This document shows, piece after piece, positions 23,780-36,261 of a stretch of 53,218 nucleotides of DNA. The notes beneath the pieces were generated by a model. The model made no database searches, had not been told where the DNA came from, and saw only the letters and a program-made list of their open reading frames with translations. This stretch comes from Octopus bimaculoides (Eukaryota), in the NCBI RefSeq assembly GCF_001194135.2, contig NC_068990.1, forward strand, positions 40,819,427 through 40,872,644. The letters run 5' to 3'. Position numbers and translations under genes: made by a program. Numbering within the stretch: the stretch's first letter is position 1; each line of letters opens with the position of its first letter.

Positions 23780-25046
23780 CATGGTGTCCGAGAAAGATTT
23801 ATACATTGATATTTATTAACTGTTCAAAATGAACTTAGGTAGGATAATCAAATTTGGCACACACTTTCGAATGTAAATTGTCAATCCGTTGCAGTAATTA
23901 CATTTCAAAATGACCACCCTAAACCTTGATCATAACCTGCAAATAAGTAGTCACTGAGTTGCTTGATCGCCGTACCTTTTTTTACATCGCCGTACCTCTT
24001 CATCTAACTTGACCCATGAAGACAAAATGGCTTTCTTGAGATCTGACACATTTGAAAAGAAGCGATCAAAAGCATTACTCTCTAAGAAAGACCAGATAAT
24101 AAAGTCCATGAGATTGATGTCTTGACTTGATGGAGCTCATATTGTTTTGTCCCCAAAACCTCTTAAATTCACTTTGCACCATCTCTGTGTCAAATTCGAT
24201 GTGTGGTCTGGAGCCCCGTCTTGCGTGAAGATATAATGGTAACCAAAGGTTTCAGTGACCCAGGGTAACACTTTCCCATCTAACATTTCCATATAAACTT
24301 CGATGAAGTTCAAGGGAGACTTGGACCCAACAGATGCAACTGCGGCCCACACCATGAGGGAAGTTGGCTTCTAACAGCGTAAATGACTCCTGCTACCTTT
24401 GGGCAAATCTGCATTATGTGCATAAGGCCTGTCATTCTGTCATAACTGCCTCCATGTTGAAGATCTTCTCGTCAGAAAAGATCCACACCTTGTTAGCGGC
24501 GCGCTTCATCTCAGCTAACATGGTTTTACCCCTGTCAAGCCGTTTATTCTTGGATGTTGCTGAAATTTAACTACTGGTATTGTTTCTTGTATGCAGTTAG
24601 CTTTAAACCATCTTTAAAAATTCCAGACATTGAAGATTTTGAAATATGAAGAGCATTTGCAAATTTTCTTGCCCTTCTGCGAGGATTTCGGTTCATTCAC
24701 TTCTTTACAGCTTGGTATGAATTGATCGCTTCCTGCCAGGTATTGGCTTGCTAGAGATAGTAACGGACTCCATATATCGTTTCCAGGTTCTGAACACTGT
24801 TTTACGGCACACTCCTACTGTTTTGTTATGTCCGTGTTGCTCACTCCAGCTGTTTTCAAAGCGACAATCTGGTTACCTTTTGCTTTCGATGCCATGTTTT
24901 TTTACAAGCCTGTTACACACGAACTAAACAACAGATACATGAACAAAAGACATCCAAATCTTTATGTAAAATGTAAATAATATTACCTGAATCAATATTT
25001 TTTAGGAAGTGTTTTAAACATGGTTATATCTTTCTGGGACACTCTG
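23780..25046 (-). mobile_element. Near full-length maT-type (DD37D) Tc1/mariner element, decayed
   Basis: Imperfect TIRs CATGGTGTCCGAGAAAGAT / ATCTTTCTGGGACACTCTG; ATG at 24895; MVWAAV..FTQDGAPDHTS..*APSSQDINLMD with 37 positions between second and third Asp (hand count, including one stop). Confidence 0.88.
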
Positions 25047-25224
25047 AAATATAATGCAATTCACGTATATACGTATATTTGTATGTATATACATATGCAC
25101 ACACACACAAATATTTATGTATGTATATATGTGTGTGTTTGTATATATGCATATATGTGTGTATTTGTAGGTTTGTATGCATATATATGTACTGTATGCA
25201 TTTATGCTTCTGTGTAAGCATGTA

Positions 25225-25365
25225 TGGTGCAACCATAGCTGAGTAGTTAGGAAGTTTGCTTCGCAATCATGAGATTCCAGGTCGTGATTTCTTGGACAAG
25301 TATCTATTACCATAAAACAGGGTACATATAAGTGAAAATAGGTTGATGGAAGCTGCATGGAAGAC
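25225..25365 (+). mobile_element. Old SINE family A 5' half
   Basis: Weak match to the family A head and TTGGACAAGT motif. Confidence 0.4.
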
Positions 25366-26699
25366 CGATGGATGAATTGTACGTATAGTTTAGAGGAATT
25401 TAGTTTTGTCACTGAAGAATATGCTAAGAATATAATTCAACGAGCAAAGAAATTCAGTTGATCAGATTACTGGGTCACATCGTCGAAATTGACGGATCCC
25501 ATTATTTTCTTATGAACTTATCTGGTTTTAATAAAAAAAAAAATCCTCCTCTTCACAGCAACAAACGGTCACCAACCCAGAAGTAAGGTTGTTAGTTTGA
25601 AATTTTGAAAATTTCACCTTAGTAGTAATGCCAGCATACATGCTAGCAGGCATGTACATATATGTGTACGTATGTATGCATGTATGGATGTATATATACT
25701 GAATAACTGGATGGGTAGTCACTTGTACGTGTGTGTATATGTGCATGTGTATGTGTGTGTGTTTATATATGCGTGCATATTCATAGGGAGGAGGAGGAAA
25801 GGAAGTTTAAACCTATTCTTAGATATCAATGTGAATTTCAACAATCCACTGTGAAGCAGTGAATATAATATTTACTCTTTTTGCAGGACTATAAAGCGAA
25901 AGATTAGGCAGATTGGGTAGGATTGGAAGTAATTCGTCCAGAACGAGGTTAAAGGCATGCTTTTTTTTTTTTACTTGAGAAACATTGCATACGAAGTACT
26001 TTGAAATTCAAATGTGTTCATATGTTATTACAGAATTTGTAGTTTGAAGTCTAGAATGTGTTTGATGATGTGTTATTTATCATAAAGCCAAGAGGTCAGA
26101 AATTACAAATGTTACCTATTTAACAATTTTCTCATAAGCTCCCAACACCTTCAATTAATAATTCACCTTATTTGTGCATGATTGTTACAACATCATGTAG
26201 CACGAAGCATGGTTTTACATAGTCGTAAAGACAGGTTCTTGTGATTTTATTTTGGTACAAGGACACAAGTGAAGTGAATGAGCAAGGCTGATGTGACTGT
26301 ATTTTGAAGCAGCTGCATTTGGACAGGAGTACGAATCGATGCTGGTCTGTCATATTTCCGCAAGATCTAGGTGTGAAGAAACAAAACGAGAGATAGGATA
26401 TTGATGTAACATCCATGTAGAGATGATATTGTTAAAGTACATGATGGAATCCCCGGATGTAGAGGAAATTTAGATCAAATTAATAACAAATTCTAGTAAT
26501 GACACCATTCACAAAAAGGCGAGTGTGTTGATGCAATGATTGCAGTAATGATGATGATGATGAGGGGGAGGAGGAGGATAACTGTATTACTTGTGCGAAC
26601 AGGTATAGCAGTTGTGAGATGTATTCTATATGTACATATATATATATATATATATACATGTACCCCCCCCCNNNNNNNNNNACACACACACATTTGATG

Positions 26700-27350
26700 C
26701 TGGCGGTGATGTTAGCGACGATCATGATAGTGGTAACAATGATGATGAAGATCAGGGTAGAGAAGGTGGTGGCAGTGGTGGCGGTGGTGGTGGTGGTTGT
26801 GGTGGTGGTGGTGCTGTTGTTGGTTGTCATGATGACGATCATGATGGTGATGATGGTAGTGGTGGTGGTAATGGTGATGTTGATGATGATGATGGTGAAG
26901 GTGGTGGTGGTAGTGGTGGTAGTGGTGGTAGTGGTGGTGGTGATGATGACGGGCATGAAGAAAATTATGTTGAGATGCAAGTGGGTAATAATGTGATTTA
27001 GAATTAAATGGGAAGATAGAAGATATGGGAGGCAGGAGGTGGAATTTATTATCTAATTATAATCATTAGTATCATCGTCATTTTCATTGTCATAGCGATC
27101 ATAATCATCATCATCATCACCATCATGAACATCACCATCATCATTATCATCATCGTCATCATATATAAGTTGTGTCGCAAACGTCGAAAATAATGATGAT
27201 TGTCGAACTTCATCAGCTGCAAAAAACAAAATAACAAGAAGACATCAGCAAACAACAACAGAAAAAAAAAAGAGCGAAAATCCGTCAATAAAGACAACAA
27301 CAACAACAACAATGACAACGATAACAACAACAGCAATAACAAAAACATCA
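26700..27350. repeat. Compound trinucleotide low-complexity tract (GGT/GAT/CAT/CAA)
   Basis: Direct reading. Confidence 0.85.
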
Positions 27351-28699
27351 AGACAAATATCAAAAAGAAAATGGCAGGTAAAAAAATGTGGAGCAGTTTG
27401 GGTGAGGGTGTGAAATGAAGGCGAACAGAATATTAGCTTAGAGGAGAAGGAATGTAAGTTTTGAATGTATGCTCGACTGAATAAACGTAGAAACACATAC
27501 ACAAACATATAAAGTGTACATCTTGGATGTAAACACACATATCGGGACGTAAGTATTTATATATATATGTATGCATGTATGCATATACATATATATATAT
27601 ATATATATATANNNNNNNNNNNNNNNNNNNNNNNNNNNNNNNNNNNNNNNNNNNNNNNNNNNNNNNNNNNNNNNNNNNNNNNNNNNNNNNNNNNNNNNNN
27701 NNNNNNNNNNNNNNNNNNNNNNNNNNNNNNNNNNNNNNNNNNNNNNNNNNNNNNNNNNNNNNNNNNNNNNNNNNNNNNNNNNNNNNNNNNNNNNNNNNNN
27801 NNNNNNNNNNNNNNNNNNNNNNNNNNNNNNNNNNNNNNNNNNNNNNNNNNNNNNNNNNNNNNNNNNNNNNNNNNNNNNNNNNNNNNNNNNNNNNNNNNNN
27901 NNNNNNNNNNNNNNNNNNNNNNNNNNNNNNNNNNNNNNNNNNNNNNNNNNNNNNNNNNNNNNNNNNNNNNNNNNNNNNNNNNNNNNNNNNNNNNNNNNNN
28001 NNNNNNNNNNNNNNNNNNNNNNNNNNNNNNNNNNNNNNNNNNNNNNNNNNNNNNNNNNNNNNNNNNNNNNNNNNNNNNNNNNNNNNNNNNNNNNNNNNNN
28101 NNNNNNNNNNNNNNNNNNNNNNNNNNNNNNNNNNNNNNNNNNNNNNNNNNNNNNNNNNNNNNNNNNNNNNNNNNNNNNNNNNNNNNNNNNNNNNNNNNNN
28201 NNNNNNNNNNNNNNNNNNNNNNNNNNNNNNNNNNNNNNNNNNNNNNNNNNNNNNNNNNNNNNNNNNNNNNNNNNNNNNNNNNNNNNNNNNNNNNNNNNNN
28301 NNNNNNNNNNNNNNNNNNNNNNNNNNNNNNNNNNNNNNNNNNNNNNNNNNNNNNNNNNNNNNNNNNNNNNNNNNNNNNNNNNNNNNNNNNNNNNNNNNNN
28401 NNNNNNNNNNNNNNNNNNNNNNNNNNNNNNNNATATATATTTATATATATATATATATATGTATGTATTTGTGTGTGTATATACACACGCACACACACAC
28501 ACATACACACACACATACACACACACATATATAGTGAGAAAGATCCAATACAAGGAAGTATATTTATTTTAGCTAAAACTCCATCATCAAAAGCTCTAAG
28601 TTCCACTCTATCTAGATTCTCGACTCTAAATAGAAATATTTCAAATGATCTTATGTATATAAGCAAATAACAACCATTGAAAGTCCTGTGTAAGCAAAG

Positions 28700-28800
28700 A
28701 AAATCTTATGATTTGGATGGGACGTATGACAAGCGTATGACACGAGGCTGTCCGACTTTCATCTGTTCGGTATTCTGAACAATGCTTCAGTAAAACATTT
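28700..28800 (+). mobile_element. Mariner transposase C-terminal fragment
   Basis: FGWDV*...SDFHLFGILNNA resembles GWEVLxHPPYSPDLAPSDFHLF. Confidence 0.55.
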
Positions 28801-29338
28801 CCATTTACGACATAAATATTAAATGTGAGATGCACATGACCGAAAACAAATTTAAATTGTTTCAAACGCATTCTTTCTTATAAAGATTCATGTTTTCATG
28901 TCCATTAAAAAAAATTTATACATTATTTTCACTTGTATTAGACCAGCTCATTCTTCGTGTTTTTTAAAGCAACTATTATACCGCCAAACACTAAATTTGT
29001 TGTTTCTTCCTTGTTTTTTGTTTTCTTGGTAAATGTTATCTAATCATTACACGCTGTGGTGATAATCACATGTTTGTACGTCTCTTTAATGTAGGCAAAA
29101 TTTCTTGCAAGAGTCTTGATCATCGGTAACGAGAAACCTGAACAATTGTTTGTGGAGTTTCTTCATGTTCCAGTAAATATGCACAGACAGTATTGCGTAC
29201 ATCTTTTCCTTCCGCATGTTTTCACATAAGTGTTTCCATCCATCCATCCGTTTGTCCGTCCATCCGTCCGACCGTCCGACCGTCCGTCTGTTTGACTGTC
29301 CATCCGTCGGTCTGTTTGACTGTCCGTCCGTCTGTCTG

Positions 29339-29387
<49 letters not shown>

Positions 29388-29997
29388 ATAGACACACACA
29401 CACACACACACGCACGCATATATACATATATACATATGCATATACTATATAAGNNNNNNNNNNNNNNNNNNNNNNNNNNNNNNNNNNNNNNNNNNNNNNN
29501 NNNNNNNNNNNNNNNNNNNNNNNNNNNNNNNNNNNNNNNNNNNNNNNNNNNNNNNNNNNNNNNNNNNNNNNNNNNNNNNNNNNNNNNNNNNNNNNNNNNN
29601 NNNNNNNNNNNNNNNNNNNNNNNNNNNNNNNNNNNNNNNNNNNNNNNNNNNNNNNNNNNNNNNNNNNNNNNNNNNNNNNNNNNNNNNNNNNNNNNNNNNN
29701 NNNNNNCAACATTTATTCCAGAGACAATGCATGCATATATATGCATCTAAATGATGTAGACAAAACTTTGACTGAAAACAAATTCATATTAAAATATCCA
29801 TACCTTTTGTAAAAAAAAAAAAGAATACATAAAAGTATATATACATTGATTCATACAAACATATATACACATGTATGATTTGATAGACAACAAATCTTCA
29901 CACACGAAACTGCAATAGTATGAAACTATGAATTACAGGAGTGTGTGCATGTGCATATATGCGTGTGCGTAAGCGCGCTTATGCATCTGCATGTGTG

Positions 29998-30032
<35 letters not shown>

Positions 30033-30442
30033 TATATGTGTGAGTGTGTTTGGATCATTAGTGCATTTAAACAGGTTCTAATTAAAGATGCCGAGGGCAT
30101 AGTCCAAAAATAACAACTACTTGAAAACATTCTTTGCTATCAAATTACATACATGCAAAATAAGTGCATTACACTATATGGCATAATTTATGCACACATG
30201 GTGTATACGTATGTACATAAACATACATGTATCTATGCACACACACGCACACATATATATACACATATATGCGCGCAAGCCTAAATGTGTACATGTGTGT
30301 ATATTGTGTATGTATATGTATGTGTGTGTGTGTGTATGTGTCTGTGTGTGTTAAACAAGTCTACTTGCAAGGAATTAATACAGTACGAAATGATAGATAT
30401 GTATATATTTATATATGAACATGTGAAGATATATATGAATCC

Positions 30443-30547
<105 letters not shown>

Positions 30548-31289
30548 TGTATCTATATATATGTATGTATACATATATATATATGCGCATACACGGATAT
30601 ACGTATTCATACATACACATATGTATCCACACATGCGCACAAACTCATATGCATATACACATGCACACGCACGCGCGCACACAACACACACGTACCATTC
30701 ATTATTCATCTTTTGTACGTTACATGTATGCACACATGTAATTATGCATAAATACATACGTATGCATACAGGTACAGTAATCTACTGACCCCCCCCCCAC
30801 ACACACACACGCGCACATACCCTCATACATTTTATATTATTTCTGTGTAGAAATATACGCAGTGTTTCTCAATACGTTGGCTTTATATCACAACACAGTG
30901 CCGATTTTCAAGGGCATAAGTTTCTCGTTTGACATTCTGCGAAGAGATTCCGGAGATATTTGTCGTTGATCATTCGTTTAAGTTTCTGATTAAAGACTAA
31001 TTCTCTAAAGTTATATAACTATAATAACGATCATGTTTTTATCTGAAAGTAAATGCCGAATGATCAGAATCTAACGAAGTTTGGTGTCTAAATATTGAAA
31101 CATGAAGCAGACGATGAAACATTTAGACAAAAGCACGGCGTATGTATTATTGAATTGAGAAATTAACAACTGACAATGAACACATAAATTAGGATCAGTT
31201 CAGCCGGAAGGGCCAGAATAACTTTAATCTGTAGTATTGTCAATTTTATGCTGCACCAATTGAAAGTTCTAATCATTCATGTCTAAATA

Positions 31290-31487
31290 ACGTATTTTCC
31301 GGCATACAAGCCGAAATTTACCAAAATCTTATCAAAAAATTTTACCAAAGAATTTAGGTCGATTTGGAAGGATTTAAAAGTTTCATATGAAATGCAGCCA
31401 GATTTAGAAAGATAGTGACATGGCTTGAATATTTACACAGAATATTTACATCTTATACTACGTCGATTTGTATGCTTGAAAATGCAG
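31290..31487. mobile_element. Decayed pogo-like MITE
   Basis: Imperfect TIRs ACGTATTTTCCGGCATACAAGCCGA / TCGATTTGTATGCTTGAAAATGCAG, TA on both sides. Confidence 0.6.
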
Positions 31488-31847
31488 TAATCATCCTGGA
31501 GAGGTTTTTTTCGTAAAAGAACTGATACTGGGAATAACGGAATAAGTTGAAACCTCAAGATATCATGGAATATAGTTCTGAAAGACACAGCACACTAGTC
31601 TTCTAGATTTACAACTAAGCTGCATTGATTAAAGTTATATATAATGCACTGCACCATATTGTATAAAACAATAAACCCACAAACATCATATAACTATCAT
31701 GCCATTATGTTTCATTCATCTCTGTTTCATAAAACTCTTATCAACAACATCAACAGCGGAAATAACAAAAGCAGTCTGTGATAAGGTACAGTAAGGTCAG
31801 CAATAACAAACAGGATATAACAGAAGTGTTAGCAATAGCAAAACTAG

Positions 31848-32056
31848 AGGCTGCAAGTTGACAGAATCGTTAGAACGCCAGGCAGAATGCTTAGAAGCAT
31901 TTAGTCCGCCTTCAGATTCTGATTTCAAATTCCACCGAGCTAGACTTTGGTTTTCATCCTGTAAGTGCCAGTTGGATACTGGGGTCGATGTAATCGACTT
32001 ACACCCCACGCCGAACTTGCTGGCCTTGTGCCAAAATATGAAACCAATATTAATAA
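31848..32056 (+). mobile_element. SINE family C copy with internal deletion
   Basis: Aligns with the other family C copies. Confidence 0.8.
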
Positions 32057-32103
32057 AACTAGCACCAACTACACCTGTGCTAAGAGATCAATACTAACAA
32101 CTC

Positions 32104-32432
32104 AGGTGCAGTAATGGCTATGTGGTAAGTAGCTTGCTTACCAACCACATGTTGAGCGAAAACACCTAAAGCTCCACGAGGCTCCGGCGGGGGATGGTGG
32201 CGAACCCTGCTGTACTCTTTCAACACAACTTCCTCTCATTCTTTCTTCCTGTTTCTGTTGTGCCTGTAATTCAAAGGGTCAGCCTTGTCACGCTGAATCT
32301 CCCCCGAGAACTACGTTAAGGGTACACGTGTCTGTGGAGTGCTCAGCCACTTGCACGTTAATTTCACGAGCAGGCTCGGATCAACTAGAACCCTCGTCGT
32401 CGTAAGCGACGGAGTGCCAACCAACCAACCAA
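32104..32432 (+). mobile_element. Chimeric SINE: family A head (32104-32151) joined to headless family B body
   Basis: GTGGTAAGTAGCTTGCTTACCAACCACATG followed directly by TTGAGCGAAAACACCTAAAGCTCC...GACGGAGTGCCAACCAACC. Confidence 0.85.
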
Positions 32433-33610
32433 TTTGGTGGAAAGAGGTAAGATTTGGTCTTAGAGCGAATAGAGCAGAAATATATACCGCAAAGCATCTT
32501 ACCTAATCCTCTAACATTTCGGCAACCCACAGCTCTGAATTGTTACTTTATTTATCGACTTTGAAATAAAGAACAGCAAAGGTGAGATTTGCGTGATTTG
32601 AATTCAGAGCACAGCGTAACGCTGCAAAACACTTTATCCGCTGTTCTGCATACGCGCTCACGCATTTATGCATATATATGTGTGTGTGTGTGTATATCTA
32701 TTGATGTGAGTACGTGCCTACGATTCTGTAAATGTATAAACATGCACACACATACATACACACGCGCGCGTATGTATGTATGTATGTTTGTATGCATGCA
32801 TGTTTGTATATATGTATGTATGCGCTCAAATGCGAGGACTATTTCGTATTATCGATAGCCAGTAGCCAATAATGAAATATATCACAATAAATTGTAAGCT
32901 ACTTACGTCATTCTTTTGTGAAACATGTGTCACGGGATTTGTAATGTCTCTAATATTCGAGGTTGGGAAACTTATGTTAAAGTTTCTATTGACGACAAAG
33001 AAAGACATACAAAATAAGGATATCCGAAAACTCAGAAAGAAATTATTTTGAAGTAGAATAAATGAACTCGTCTTTTAAGAACCATCTTTCCTCTCTTTCA
33101 TATATATATATATGACTTTGTAAATATAATACGTGTTGTGTGCGTATGTGTGTGTCTATAAATATATATAGCTAATCATATTAAAATAAATATATAGCTA
33201 AATAATCATAAAATCAAATGAAACGTATCCCCGCTCTCTAAACACCAGTCCATATTTGTCTGTCTCTTCCTCTACCAAAACGTTACATCACTTATAAATG
33301 GAATACGATAAGGGGGAGAAGGTTTCAACGGTAAATGCTTTCCACCATTTTATTTTACCTAATTAACGCGCGTAGACCGTCATCCTCACGCTGTACAATT
33401 TAGCATTTCTTTTGATTCCTAATGTATCCTCCTCGGCTTCCCGAAGAACATCAGAAACATGAATATGTAAAGAGAAGTGACAAAAAAAAAAAATAGATAT
33501 ATGTGAAATAAATATATAAATAAAGGTTAAATGATATATAAATTTTTGTGTGTTTGTGTAGAGGTGTGGGGTAAAATGCATCTATCTATCTATCTATCTA
33601 TCTATCTATA

Positions 33611-33648
<38 letters not shown>

Positions 33649-33917
33649 CCTATCTATCTGTTTAGATATCATTCAATGACTCTTTCACCCTTTTTCTTCA
33701 CTCATTATGTACATATACATAAACACACATACACACGCACATTTATATATGTATATATTCATACATATATATACATATACAAGCACGTTTATATATTTGT
33801 ATGTATGTATGCATACACACACATATACGTATCTATAAGTATAAATACATAAATGTATTTCTTTATGTATATATATATATATATATGGATGGATGCGTGT
33901 GTGCTGTGTATGTCTGA

Positions 33918-33919
<2 letters not shown>

Positions 33920-34011
<92 letters not shown>
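33920..34011. repeat. (TG)n microsatellite
   Basis: Direct reading. Confidence 0.95.
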
Positions 34012-34013
<2 letters not shown>

Positions 34014-34311
34014 ATGTAATCTAACTGAATTAGGAATCTACTGGCTAAAGTCGTATATTCCGGTTCTTCGCAATGAAGAAACTAGAGTCAGTGTATTCTA
34101 TATTCATGCTCAATAAATTCATTCATATTGCTCTGTAAGGAGTACTGAGTTCTCTGTTCAGGCTGTTGTTTGTAATAAACTGTGTTGTAAGTAGCTTGCT
34201 TACTAACCACATGGTTCCGGGTTCTGTCCCACTGCGTAGCACTTTGGGCAAGTGTCCTCTACTATAACTTCGGGCTGACCAAAGCCTTGTGAGTGGATTT
34301 GGTAGACGGAA

Positions 34312-34889
34312 GTAAAATATATAGGGTAGTGAGTTTTTTTTAGAAATTTCACTACCAGTGGCCTAGCATGTATAACAAGTCAATAGACAACATATTCTCA
34401 ATATAAAATAGTGTACATTTAAACACAAGAAAAACTACCTTTAACGGGTAATTTTACACGCTAGAAGAAGCAGTCAAATCGACTAAAACCATATTTAAGA
34501 GCAATTTCAAAGGGAATGAAAAATAAAAACTTTTACCTTGTTATTTTTTTTTTATATTGAGAATATGTTGTCTATTGACTTTTTATACATGCTTAGCCAC
34601 TGGTTGTGAAATTTCTAGAAATATTCGCTACCCTATATATTTTACGTATATGATTTTACCATTTCGAAGATCAGTTCGGCATCTTTCATTTACTGCCGAC
34701 TGAAACTGCGCTTGCGCGGTGAATTTGAAGAATTATAACATATAAAGATGAGACATGTGTTATTTATCGCTAAATTATATTAATGTTCTGGTATGGTTAC
34801 TGATGAGAATTTCGTTTAGCAAATTATTTTATTTGCTAAAAAAATTCGAAACCTAGGTATAACCGTACAAAAAAAACAAGATAAAAATC
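34312..34889 (+). mobile_element. Non-coding fold-back insertion carrying a hammerhead; probable non-autonomous PLE derivative
   Basis: Inverted arms 34312-34408 and 34550-34645, hammerhead near the 3' end, A-rich end, no ORF in the track, no TSD seen. Confidence 0.6.
34791..34868 (+). ncRNA. Type I hammerhead ribozyme, core intact
   Basis: Stem I GTATGGTTA/TAACCGTAC; CTGATGA; stem II 6 bp + 2x1 loop + 10 bp; GAAA; palindromic ACCTAGGT; GUA triplet 34857-34859. Confidence 0.88.
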
Positions 34890-36261
34890 ATATATATATA
34901 TATATATATGTACATATGTGTGTGTATGTGTATTTGTGTGTCTGTGTTTGTCCCCCACATCGCTTGACAACCGATGTTGATATGTTTACGTCCCCGTAAC
35001 TTAGTAGTTCGACAAAAGAGACCAATAGAATAAATACTTGGCTTACAAAAAATAAGTCCTGGGGCCGATTTGTTCCACTAAAGACGGTGCTCCAGCATGG
35101 CCGCAGTCAAACGACTGAAATAAGCAACAGAATAAAAGAAAAGAATATGCGTGTGTATGTATGTATGTGTATATGNNNNNNNNNNNNNNNNNNNNNNNNN
35201 NNNNNNNNNNNNNNNNNNNNNNNNNNNNNNNNNNNNNNNNNNNNNNNNNNNNNNNNNNNNNNNNTATATATAGATAGATAGATAGATATATATTTACATA
35301 TATAAACATTATATGATATACATATATACATTCCTACACACACATAAACGTAGACACAAACATATACGCATACATATAGATGTGTGTATATATGTATGTA
35401 TTCACACGCATATGAACATATACGTAACTGAAATTTTAGACTTTTCATAAAATACGGGAATGGGCTGTCCTTATTACGTAAAATCTATACCTCTATTATG
35501 TTATAACGATAAGCCACTCACTGAAACACCTGTATATTATGTATAGCCTAAAAAACCACGTACATTTATGTTTGCTATGGGTGTAATGTGACTCAGATTC
35601 CGCACACTATCATACATGGATAATGACGGAATGTAGGAGTGGAAGTACCTTTTGGTAACTTGTCGCGCCTTTCAGCGCACTCATCAACTTATATACGCAC
35701 ACACACACACACATACACACACACACACACACACATACGCGCGCGCGCACAAGCATATAAAGTTTTCCTATACGCGTAAAAGTATAAAGAAAAGAAAAAA
35801 GTTGAAAGGGCAAATTCAATAAAATTTAGTTTGTGCAAATTTTTATACAATATGAAAATACTTAACCGGTTGGAGTAATTTCAATAGAATCTTTGACAAA
35901 ATATAATACAAAAAAAAAAAGCACGAATTTCAATGTACATTACTAACGTCATCAAAGACTTGATCATATGTCATATAAAGCCTAAAATGAACTGAACAGC
36001 TAAAATGAACTCAACAGCTAAAATGAACTAAACTTTGAAAACGTAACACATTAAGAAGAGAAGAACTGTCACACAAAACATGTTTGATAGAAAAGTTGCA
36101 TATTCTATTATTTTTGAAAATCAGAATAATTGTGAAACCAGTTGAATATTGGAAAATAAATATTTTCATAAATAAATTTTCTTAAATTATATTTTCAACT
36201 TTATATGTGTGTGTGTGTGTTTGTATGTGTGTGAATATATGTATGCGCGCGCGCGCGAATT

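Larger units (their letters stand above)
34181..35147 (+). mobile_element. SINE family A copy split by an insertion (halves 34181-34311 and about 34890-35147)
   Basis: Left half ends at GGTAGACGGAA; right half resumes at the internal microsatellite. Confidence 0.85.

Noticed and set aside
26619-27001. Gly/Asp-rich or Val/Met-rich ORFs
   Set aside because: Compound trinucleotide repeats open in several frames on both strands; no splice or start support.
27438-28670. Long ORFs of 200-370 aa here and at 39.9-42.3 kb, 44.7-47.4 kb and 48.2-49.3 kb
   Set aside because: They are open only because they span N gaps; the flanks are YI/CV/HT microsatellite translations.
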